From a virus, in the IMG/VR virus record IMGVR_UViG_3300046463_000548, positions 64,001 through 128,000 of that record: DNA of 64,000 bases; one strand, written 5' to 3'. Numbering within the stretch: the first letter of the stretch is position 1; the number at the start of each line of letters is the position of its first letter. The notes beneath the pieces are model-generated. The model had not been told where the DNA came from. It worked only from the letters and a program-made list of their open reading frames with translations, and ran no database searches. A program made the translations under genes and the position numbers. Shown in pieces: positions 56,839 through 64,000 of this stretch.

Positions 56839-57558
56839 TTACTGCGGGCAAAGCGCTTCATTGCGGTGTTGAGCGATGTCGTCCCCTAACGCCAGCAGAC
56901 AGTCGTTGAGGAAAGTTGACTGCATGTACTGCCCATGCTCGGTGTACATACGGGCACCAGTCAGGAACTTGCTAGTCTGTTCGATGAACCGATCATGATC
57001 AGACATGAAGTTGAAACCCATCTCCAAGCCCAGACCGATTGTCAGTTGACGACCTTCGGCTGAATAAATCATCATCAGATCGGCGTCACGCATGCACTGA
57101 TGCATGAGCGAAGCGGGTTCGCGGGGAAAGGTCCCGTTGGAGAACTCCGTGCAGCGGATGGTGTCGATCACCTTCGCGAGCGTTGAACTGGAGACCACGT
57201 CGTGTAGCCGGTACTGCGCGAAGCGGGTCGCGCGGTTGATGTTCTCGCGGTCGGACGTGCGGCCTCCGCTGTGATTGTGGTCATGGAACAGCGCAGCGAG
57301 GACGAGCGCGGGGATGCTGGTATCTAGCAGGGGGCCTGGGCTGTTCATGGCGCACGAGTGGGCCCAGTAAACACAACTCAACTCGTGGTGCAGATTGTGG
57401 TATGGGTTCTGCGTGTGCGTGCCCGATTGCGCGAGAAGCATGAGGGTACTGAAATCATCGGGGAAGTAATGCGAGAGAATATTCAAACCCTCAACTGAGG
57501 GTTCGAGTGCCACCTCGTCCGAGATTAGCGGGATGATCCGGGTGTTTTCGTTAGTCAT
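56839..57558 (-). CDS. HD-superfamily phosphohydrolase resembling class I cyclic-nucleotide PDEs
   Basis: NPYHNLHH...LAALFHDHNHSG...DADL. Confidence 0.75.
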   Translation of the reverse strand: MTNENTRIIPLISDEVALEPSVEGLNILSHYFPDDFSTLMLLAQSGTHTQNPYHNLHHELSCVYWAHSCAMNSPGPLLDTSIPALVLAALFHDHNHSGGRTSDRENINRATRFAQYRLHDVVSSSTLAKVIDTIRCTEFSNGTFPREPASLMHQCMRDADLMMIYSAEGRQLTIGLGLEMGFNFMSDHDRFIEQTSKFLTGARMYTEHGQYMQSTFLNDCLLALGDDIAQHRNEALCPQ

Positions 57559-58555
57559 TTTTGAGTTTGAGCAGGTGAGGGAGGATCATTGATGCGACGT
57601 GTTGCATCAGAGGAACAACCACTGAATTACCGAACTGCTTGTAGGCACGTGTGTCGGAGACTGGGATTACGAATGAATCGGGGAATCCCATCAGGCGCGC
57701 GCACTCGCGGGGTGTCAGCTTGCGTGGGTTCATCGAACCACGGCTAACGAGAATTTCGGAGCCGTCCTTGTAGTAGCGGGCACTCAGCGTACGCGCGACA
57801 TCTGACGGTCCGACGACCGAGCAGCCGAACCCGTTACCCGCGTCCTTGTGCTTCTGTGCGTAACCCTGAAGGAACGCCCACAGTTTGTCGCTCAGGACGT
57901 AGCGCGGATTAATGCCACCCGGAACGATGAAACGGTCGTCCACGGGCTCGGACCGTCTGTGTAGTACCTGAGCCATAGTGACGCCATCCGTAGTCGGTAA
58001 CGGCTTCTGATCGAAGGAGAAGGGCACGGGCCTGCGGAACCCAACGATCACAATGCGCAGCCGCTTCTGCGGTGTGAAGTGCTGGCCGTTCAGCACGCGA
58101 TAGTGCACGTCGTAACCAAGATCGGTCAGCGTCTGGTAGATCACGCGGAACGTGTTGCCGCCGTCGTGGGACAAAAGATTGCGGACGTTTTCAAGCATGA
58201 ACGCGTGAGGCTGCTTGTGCTTGATGATGCGTGCAACATCGAAGAAGAGGGTGCCGCGCGTCTCGTCTTCGAACCCGTGCTTGCGGCCCATCGAATTGTT
58301 TTTCGATACGCCTGCAATTGAGAACGGCTGACACGGAAACCCTGCAACCAGCACGTCATGGTCTGGAATAGAGGACGCTTTGATCTTCGTGATGTCCCCA
58401 TGGATCGGATCGTCACCGAAGTTAGCGCGGTACGTCTGCTGTGCGTAAGAGTCGAACTCAGAGGTGAACACGCATTCACCACCCACGTTTTCAAACGCAG
58501 TGCGGAGCCCGCCGATCCCTGCAAACAGGTCAATGAACGTAAATTTTCTATTCAT
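57551..58555 (-). CDS. dcm: DNA (cytosine-5) methyltransferase, Dcm/EcoRII-like
   Basis: DLFAGIGG, GFPCQPFS, ENV, Q.R.R, TLSARYYKDGSEIL, QFGNSV. Confidence 0.92.
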   Translation of the reverse strand: MNRKFTFIDLFAGIGGLRTAFENVGGECVFTSEFDSYAQQTYRANFGDDPIHGDITKIKASSIPDHDVLVAGFPCQPFSIAGVSKNNSMGRKHGFEDETRGTLFFDVARIIKHKQPHAFMLENVRNLLSHDGGNTFRVIYQTLTDLGYDVHYRVLNGQHFTPQKRLRIVIVGFRRPVPFSFDQKPLPTTDGVTMAQVLHRRSEPVDDRFIVPGGINPRYVLSDKLWAFLQGYAQKHKDAGNGFGCSVVGPSDVARTLSARYYKDGSEILVSRGSMNPRKLTPRECARLMGFPDSFVIPVSDTRAYKQFGNSVVVPLMQHVASMILPHLLKLKND

Positions 58556-58758
58556 GCTCTTTTGTTCCACAGTTCGACTGCCTCTCTCTCGCGCTCCCCA
58601 ACCGGTCCCGATGCTTCGGGCCCCAGAGCCCCGCATTTTGAGCAACGGACGCACCAGAACGAGAACCCGAAGCCAACTTCATAATTTTCAATTTCGTTGA
58701 GGCTACCTTTACCGTTATCGAATGGGCACGGAAGGATGGAAGGGAGCTTAGACTTCAC
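58552..58758 (-). CDS. Lar-family restriction-alleviation-like zinc-ribbon protein
   Basis: LPCPF...VRCSKCGA.GP...EA..LWN.R. Confidence 0.7.
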   Translation of the reverse strand: MKSKLPSILPCPFDNGKGSLNEIENYEVGFGFSFWCVRCSKCGALGPEASGPVGEREREAVELWNKRA

Positions 58759-58954
58759 GAACGATCCTCAGGGCCTCAACACGCTGGATATCCAGGCGAC
58801 CCTCCGGAGTGCTTACGTTCATTAGCAAGCGCCACGACCCGTCGGGCAGTTTGTCTAGATGGATGAATTCCTTTTCAACGGCGGGCGTCGCGAACTTCGA
58901 CAGGTCTAGCAACAGGTGAAGGTCAGGACCTTCAATCTTGATCGAGCGTTTCAT
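58748..58954 (-). CDS. hypothetical protein
   Basis: ATGA coupling. Confidence 0.6.
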   Translation of the reverse strand: MKRSIKIEGPDLHLLLDLSKFATPAVEKEFIHLDKLPDGSWRLLMNVSTPEGRLDIQRVEALRIVREV

Positions 58955-59553
58955 TTCGCGGGTGCCCTCTTGATGCGCGACAGGAAATCGGGATACTTCG
59001 AAAGAAGCTTCAGGTGGACTAGAGCCTGATTCTCTGCATCGTTGAGCGCTGTGTGTTGAGCTTCAGACGTGGGCCATTCGAGTTCATCGATATACAGAAT
59101 GCCTAGCGTCCGGAAGTCGATCTTCTTCTTGTAATGCCATGGCGCAGAGCCCCACATCGATTCCAGAACAGGCAGATCAAAGTCGTTGCCGTTGGCAGAC
59201 ATGTAGAGTTCGGTCGGGTCGTCCAGTTCTAGCGAGCACTGAACATCTGCATAGAACCTGCAGAACTCGGCTAGCGATTCGGCCACTGTCATTCGGTCGC
59301 GGGAGGCAACGTCGCGACGTGCGCTTTCTGACTGCTGGAGCCACCAGAAGAACGCATCTTGTTCCGGCTTCCTACCGGAGTCGAACTGCTCCTGTAGCTC
59401 GATAAACGCTTCGAAGCGCTTAAACACCCCGAACGTGAGGTTGTAGGCAACGGCACCAATACTCAGGACCGGGGCGCTCGACTTTAGCCCCATAGTTTCG
59501 CAATCGATCATGATGAACGAGCGGTCACCAGCGCCTTTAATTCCGTTTGTCAT
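58951..59553 (-). CDS. DEDDh 3'-5' exo(ribo)nuclease (Rv2179c-like)
   Basis: MIDCETMG, SIGAV, NGNDFD, HTALNDA..QA; start uncertain (59553-59652). Confidence 0.85.
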   Translation of the reverse strand: MTNGIKGAGDRSFIMIDCETMGLKSSAPVLSIGAVAYNLTFGVFKRFEAFIELQEQFDSGRKPEQDAFFWWLQQSESARRDVASRDRMTVAESLAEFCRFYADVQCSLELDDPTELYMSANGNDFDLPVLESMWGSAPWHYKKKIDFRTLGILYIDELEWPTSEAQHTALNDAENQALVHLKLLSKYPDFLSRIKRAPAK

Positions 59554-59623
59554 TATCTGTTCTTTTATGAGCATGACGATTCGCCGGTCTTCTTCCGGAT
59601 CGTCGTAAATGGTTGTTTGCAAC

Positions 59624-59965
59624 TCAGTCACCCAGCAGTCGATCTGCTGCACGCACGATGACTTTCACGGCCTTGTCGTCGTACAGCTTTTCCATATGTG
59701 GGTCTTTGATGCAGGTGACTTCCAGCCGCTGACCAATGTGCTTTTCGGTCCAGTCCTGGATAATCTTGGTTTTCTCTTCAACCGTCAGTTCGTCGTCTTC
59801 AGCGACACGTGCTGTGAATATCTTGACAGTCTTGCCCTGCGCGAGATAGCGCTTGATCAACGCCACGATCTTCGGTACGGGCTCACCAATGTGTTCCGAG
59901 CCTTTCCAGCCATCGTAGTAGGCCGTCGTGTTGTCCAAATCGAAACCGATCCAGCCGTCACTCAT
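59624..59965 (-). CDS. HAD-superfamily phosphatase-like protein
   Basis: GFDLDNT, IFTAR, K, YDDKA. Confidence 0.8.
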   Translation of the reverse strand: MSDGWIGFDLDNTTAYYDGWKGSEHIGEPVPKIVALIKRYLAQGKTVKIFTARVAEDDELTVEEKTKIIQDWTEKHIGQRLEVTCIKDPHMEKLYDDKAVKVIVRAADRLLGD

Positions 59966-60476
59966 GTCCCGCTCCGATATAAACAGGTATTGTCTGTTCA
60001 GCTAGCTTCATCCCTTCAGGGGAGATAGCGACGCTTGCGTTGTGCCGAAGTACATTCAATTCTTCGGGGCTGATCCAGGCATCAGGCTGACTTGCCCTAG
60101 GCCATTTGATCAATACCTCGTCTTCAATTGCACGTGCGAATTGACGCCATCCCCAAAGCTTCGCGAAGCTATCCAGACCACCGGGCATCGACTGCGCAAC
60201 CGTGTCGATATCTGGATCGGAGAGTCGTGGCGGGTCTGCTTGGGGAGCAAGTTCCGGTTTGCTATCGGAAAGCTTCCTGATGTTCCAGGCTTCACCAATG
60301 TTGAATGTCATATTGCGTGCGTACGAGAATTTCGGGCCCGTAGCTCCGCACCCGGTACACACGCAAAATAGATTGACGGCAGGTTGACCTTCGTAGCCCA
60401 CTGTTACGCCCTGCGAACCGCAGAAAGGGCATGAGTCAAAGACCGTTTGTGGTTGTTCCATCGATAGTGTTTCCAT
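59958..60476 (-). CDS. Lar-like zinc ribbon fused to accessory modules
   Basis: SCPFCGS...CTGCGATGP...AWNIR. Confidence 0.65.
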   Translation of the reverse strand: METLSMEQPQTVFDSCPFCGSQGVTVGYEGQPAVNLFCVCTGCGATGPKFSYARNMTFNIGEAWNIRKLSDSKPELAPQADPPRLSDPDIDTVAQSMPGGLDSFAKLWGWRQFARAIEDEVLIKWPRASQPDAWISPEELNVLRHNASVAISPEGMKLAEQTIPVYIGAGHE

Positions 60477-62081
60477 TTAATCCTCCGCTAGAACGAGAGC
60501 CATCGATTCAGAGGCTCTGGTTGCTGCTGTATAAAGATGATTCCAACGCTGATCGGCGAACACCTGTGATTCGTCAATGACCAGCGTCTTTCCGAATTGC
60601 GAGCCCTGCAACTTGTGCACGGTCCCCGCGTATGCGAACGTGAACGCGTCGGTTCCTGCAATGTCCTTCCAGTAGGGTTCGGGCAGACTCTCATCGAAGT
60701 GATGAGTCGAACACACTGTGTCGATAATCACGGGTGAGCCATTCGCATCGAACAGGTCAAGAGCACGGACCTTGAAGTGCAGACCCTCAACGCGCGTAGC
60801 TTCGAACCCAAGTTCTGGCCTACGGTGGTCTATGAGCTTCATCATCGGCTTGATTTCAGGCGTGGAGCACGTCCACTGCGTACCGTTCAGGAAGCCGTTC
60901 TGCTTGTTGTTCTTCGTGCACATCAGCTTGTCGCCGCGCACAGGGAACTGCGTATCAACGTCGAATTTCCCGCTCAGGATTCGGTGGCGTCGATTCAGGG
61001 TGTGTCGCGTGCGGTTCAGTCCAACGATGACCTGATCGCTGCCGATGATCATTTCATCGGTGACCTTGAAGCCGGGGCGGTACACGCGAGATTCGCCGTA
61101 TCTACCGGGCTTTGGTAATCGCCCGTTGCGAATCTCTGTCGCTAGCCAGATCAACGGATTTTCGGCCGCTACCCGCTCCACCTCTGTTAGGGTGATGTCT
61201 GCGTCGCCACGCGTGAAGAATCCTTCGCCCTTGATAGGCTTCACCTGACCGGGGTCTCCCAGCACGAGAATCGGGATACCGAACGAAAGTAGATCAGCCC
61301 CTAGCTCGTCATTGACCATAGACATTTCGTCACAGATCAGCAGCTTCGCCTCGCACAGCGGAGACTCAGGGTTTAGGGTGAATCCCTTCGCCTTGCCCGT
61401 TACGTAATCGATAACTGGCTTGTAGATCAGCGAGTGCAGGGTAGATGCACCTGCACAGCCTTTTGACGCTAGGACAGACGCAGCTTTGCCGGTGTATGCA
61501 GCGAACAGGACTTGCCCTCGTTCGCCACCGGACTCGCCGTTCTCGATACACCACGCAATCTCTTTGGCTAGTGTCGTCTTGCCGGTGCCCGCGAAACCGA
61601 ACAGCCTGAAAACCTGCTTGCGACCATTTGACTTGTACCACTTGAATACAGAGCGCAGCGCTTTCGACTGCTGCCCGTTCCACTTCAGATTGGGTCTATC
61701 GGCTACAACGTGCGAGCCGACTGCCGCGATCCCGCCGAACAGTTCGTCTAACGTTGGGTCGGGTACCGGTTGCGGTGGTTCGTCGTGCTTTGAAGGTTCC
61801 CAAAAATCCGCAGGATCATTGAGAACAAACGCGGTGATCAGGTCGTGCAAAAGAAGATAGCGCGAGTCCTCTTTCAACACAGGAGGATCGCGCTTCTCAA
61901 GTACAGATCGTCTTCGAAAAATGTTGTGTGGATCAGCTTCAAGGTGGACCATGCAGGAAGAAAATACGATACGTGTAGTTTGCTTCTGCAGGTCCAATAC
62001 CTGGTCAGTCGTCAGAGTCGTTCTGAGTGCAGCATCTTGGATGAGCGAACGAGTAACGCTTTTTGTTTTGTTCCGTAACAC
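60477..62081 (-). CDS. RecD/Dda-like SF1B helicase
   Basis: GFAGTGKTT, AYTGKAA, TLHSLIY, DEMSM, GDPGQ, TVHKLQGS, LYTAATRA. Confidence 0.92.
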   Translation of the reverse strand: MLRNKTKSVTRSLIQDAALRTTLTTDQVLDLQKQTTRIVFSSCMVHLEADPHNIFRRRSVLEKRDPPVLKEDSRYLLLHDLITAFVLNDPADFWEPSKHDEPPQPVPDPTLDELFGGIAAVGSHVVADRPNLKWNGQQSKALRSVFKWYKSNGRKQVFRLFGFAGTGKTTLAKEIAWCIENGESGGERGQVLFAAYTGKAASVLASKGCAGASTLHSLIYKPVIDYVTGKAKGFTLNPESPLCEAKLLICDEMSMVNDELGADLLSFGIPILVLGDPGQVKPIKGEGFFTRGDADITLTEVERVAAENPLIWLATEIRNGRLPKPGRYGESRVYRPGFKVTDEMIIGSDQVIVGLNRTRHTLNRRHRILSGKFDVDTQFPVRGDKLMCTKNNKQNGFLNGTQWTCSTPEIKPMMKLIDHRRPELGFEATRVEGLHFKVRALDLFDANGSPVIIDTVCSTHHFDESLPEPYWKDIAGTDAFTFAYAGTVHKLQGSQFGKTLVIDESQVFADQRWNHLYTAATRASESMALVLAED

Positions 62082-62108
62082 AGGCGGTCCTCACTGTGGC
62101 CTTTCGGT

Positions 62109-62612
62109 TTAATGTAGGTATGCTGGCACCTCATCGTCGGATTCTTCGTCCATGCCCAGGACCGTGTCCGCGTCAGAATCCAGATCGACAGTGCGCTGAG
62201 TCGGGACCTTGGACATCGAGCGCATTTCGTAGATCAGATGGCGCTGAACAAACTCTTCAAGCGCCTCTTCGGGCAGATCGTCAGGCAAGTCATCTGCATC
62301 CGGGATAAACGCAAGCGCCTGCCGGAAGATCAGAGCGCGCTGCCACTCTGGATGAGGAAGTACCGTGTACACAAAATCAATGAACCGATCTGTGTATATC
62401 TCCATAGCAAACTTTCGGTGCATGTAGGAAGCCGATGGAATCTGCTTGGCCTTCGCTATGTTTTCTTCGGTGAATTGAGGGCACTCCTTGATAAAGCCGC
62501 CGTAGTGCACGGCTCCAAGGAAATCAGCATCGGCTAGCGCTGGGTCATCTACGTCAACCAGGACCAGCAACTTGTCTACATCCGCATGGCTCATCGTCAT
62601 AACTAACCTCAA
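62109..62612 (-). CDS. acidic hypothetical protein
   Basis: ORF in array. Confidence 0.65.
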   Translation of the reverse strand: MRLVMTMSHADVDKLLVLVDVDDPALADADFLGAVHYGGFIKECPQFTEENIAKAKQIPSASYMHRKFAMEIYTDRFIDFVYTVLPHPEWQRALIFRQALAFIPDADDLPDDLPEEALEEFVQRHLIYEMRSMSKVPTQRTVDLDSDADTVLGMDEESDDEVPAYLH

Positions 62613-62643
62613 CTGAAAGTGGTACCTCTAAATGGGCACTACC

Positions 62644-62651
62644 ATCAAATT
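62644..62651 (-). promoter_or_regulatory. putative phage promoter motif AATTTGAT
   Basis: About 32 nt upstream of 62612 start. Confidence 0.45.
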
Positions 62652-62657
62652 CGGAGG

Positions 62658-63047
62658 CTAGTCTTTGCTCAGGAGCTTCATGTCTACGTCGATTACGTCC
62701 GGGTCCGATTCAATCAGGCGCGGTGCATACCGATGATGTGACGGCCCACTCAGCGCTGGCGTTCGCTCTACGCTAGGAGCGGCCTGCATGACCACACACC
62801 CGCCGATGTTGAACGTTGGGTTCGCCCGCTCACCGTCCCAAGACATGTACGATTTTCGAATCGGAACAGTGCACTGAAACCACATCGAAGGGCGGTCCAG
62901 TGTATGAAAGCAGTCGCCCACCGTCACCTGCGATAGGTACGCCTCGAAAATCTGGTTGCCCCGGAATATCTCTACGAGCTTATCGTTGTAGCCTTGTCTG
63001 TGATGCCCAAGAGCGTGCTCTTGCTTCTTCTGGATATCCTGGCCCAT
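62658..63047 (-). CDS. hypothetical protein
   Basis: AAGG SD. Confidence 0.65.
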   Translation of the reverse strand: MGQDIQKKQEHALGHHRQGYNDKLVEIFRGNQIFEAYLSQVTVGDCFHTLDRPSMWFQCTVPIRKSYMSWDGERANPTFNIGGCVVMQAAPSVERTPALSGPSHHRYAPRLIESDPDVIDVDMKLLSKD

Positions 63048-63057
63048 GATTTACCCT

Positions 63058-63435
63058 TCAATGGCGCGTCTGTGGTTCGAAATCTCCTAGTGAAGATTCG
63101 ACCTTCGAACCAGCCGTGTCCGCTACGTGCTGGAATTCTTCTTGCATGCTCAGCGGCCCGACGTTCGGGTGTTGTTCGCGAATACCCTTGAGGATGCCTG
63201 CGACGACATCTGGAGCGTTCGATAGTGCGCTGCTCTTGAGCAGAGAATCGGCGTAGTTTGCGGCCCAGATCGTGAGGATTCGCAGTTCGTGACGAGTGAT
63301 CTTGAGGTCCAGCATTTCGCGGAGGTCGGCGGGAATTCCTGCAGAACCGCAGTGAGGGCAAGACGTGGCTGTCGCTGTCTCTTCGGCCGTAAAGGTGGTT
63401 CTGCATTCCACGCACAGAATGTATTTCTCTGTCAT
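63058..63435 (-). CDS. zinc-ribbon protein
   Basis: GGAG SD; CVEC...CPHCGS. Confidence 0.7.
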   Translation of the reverse strand: MTEKYILCVECRTTFTAEETATATSCPHCGSAGIPADLREMLDLKITRHELRILTIWAANYADSLLKSSALSNAPDVVAGILKGIREQHPNVGPLSMQEEFQHVADTAGSKVESSLGDFEPQTRH

Positions 63436-63535
63436 TGTGTTCTCCGTTTTAACGGGGGCAAATACCCCTCACTTCTTATTTACGACAGTGCAGCAAGAAA
63501 GGGAAGCTGACTGGAAGTACGGGATCGACAGACGC

Positions 63536-63572
63536 AAAAAAGGGGAGTCGGATTTTAGTTTCCGCTCCCCTT
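63536..63572 (-). terminator. rho-independent terminator downstream of tRNA-like RNA
   Basis: AAGGGGAG...CTCCCCTT TTTT on - strand. Confidence 0.75.
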
Positions 63573-63783
63573 GCTATTTTCTTTCTTCTGAACACTTCAT
63601 AGTCAAATGTGCAGGAGAAAGAGCGAATGCAGAAATCGTAGCTGAATCTGCATCCGCACTTCGGACGTTAATCCCAATCACATAGAGCAAGTCATCAAGG
63701 CTAGTTACGATAACAAGAAAAGCCGACCCTCTACCGCTGAGGTACTCACCTCCCAAGATCACTTCAGCCGACAAATGATCTAG

Positions 63784-63966
63784 GGCAGGTGAGACGGGAT
63801 TCGAACCCGCGTCTTTCGACTTGAACCAGTGCTCTCATCCATTGGGTGCACTGGCAACCTTCCGCCTGCTTTAAACTGCGATTGCTTAATACAATGAGAT
63901 TTGGGTAATACGATCAATGAAAGTTGCCGCTCGCTGCCGCACGTCTACCAATTCCGTCACCTCTGC
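63784..63966 (-). ncRNA. tRNA-like RNA of about 183 nt with expanded anticodon region
   Basis: 5' GCAGAGGTGACGGAATTGGTAGAC (Leu-type D arm); 3' GTCGAAAGAC variable arm and GCGGGTTCGAATCCCGT T arm. Confidence 0.6.
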
Positions 63967-64000
63967 ACCAAACACGCTGCCATACTCAAAACCGGGTTAT

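Noticed and set aside
40646-63485. GTAAATA motif upstream of the SSB, 50682, polA and 63435 genes as a T4-like promoter
   Set aside because: Three of the four copies overlap the TAA stop of the preceding gene, so recurrence may be trivial; not called without genome-wide statistics
63574-63774. 66-aa ORF between the tRNA-like RNA and the terminator
   Set aside because: TTG start without a clear SD and no recognisable motif
63785-63970. tmRNA or tRNA on the + strand ending in ...CTCTGCACCA
   Set aside because: No T arm precedes the ACCA on that strand; canonical D and T loops read only on the - strand
1-64000. CRISPR array, integrase, transposase, reverse transcriptase/DGR
   Set aside because: No regularly spaced 25-45 nt repeats and no recognisable motifs for these proteins were seen by eye
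1-64000. phiKZ-like nucleus-forming phage
   Set aside because: A family A polymerase and sigma-like factor are present, and no chimallin, PhuZ or multisubunit RNAP genes were recognised in this window

Overview
This 64 kb window is an internal segment of a large (probably jumbo) contractile-tailed dsDNA phage, or phage-plasmid. The host is probably a Betaproteobacterium (Burkholderia/Ralstonia-like); this is inferred from the character of the proteins, not from a database search. Positions 1-10.2 kb (+ strand) hold small early/accessory genes, including a stand-alone CapW/BrxR-type wHTH, a NinX-like protein, a VapBC toxin-antitoxin pair and DUF29. A bidirectional terminator at about 10.25 kb separates these from a minus-strand block. 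That block carries: an Acb1-like 2H phosphodiesterase; tail fibre, baseplate, lysozyme and tape-measure genes; portal, terminase, RuvC-like and MmcB-like nucleases; RecA/UvsX; an SSB-like protein with a very long charged tail; a sigma-70-like factor; SWIM and vWA proteins; ThyX; two DNA methyltransferases; spanins; primase; a family-A polymerase with a UDG-like N-terminus; an HD/PDE-like hydrolase; Lar-like proteins; a DEDDh exonuclease; and a RecD/Dda helicase. The most unusual element is an oriC-like locus inside the tail module (13.1-13.5 kb). It has a phased DnaA-box array, a consensus IHF site and an AT-rich tract, and it abuts a homing-endonuclease-like gene that appears to have lost its catalytic lysine. 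Other highlights are a sensor-less CapW-like repressor, a conserved AATTT(C/G)A promoter-like motif, a structured three-way-junction RNA candidate and an oversized tRNA-like RNA. All functional calls come from motif recognition by eye.
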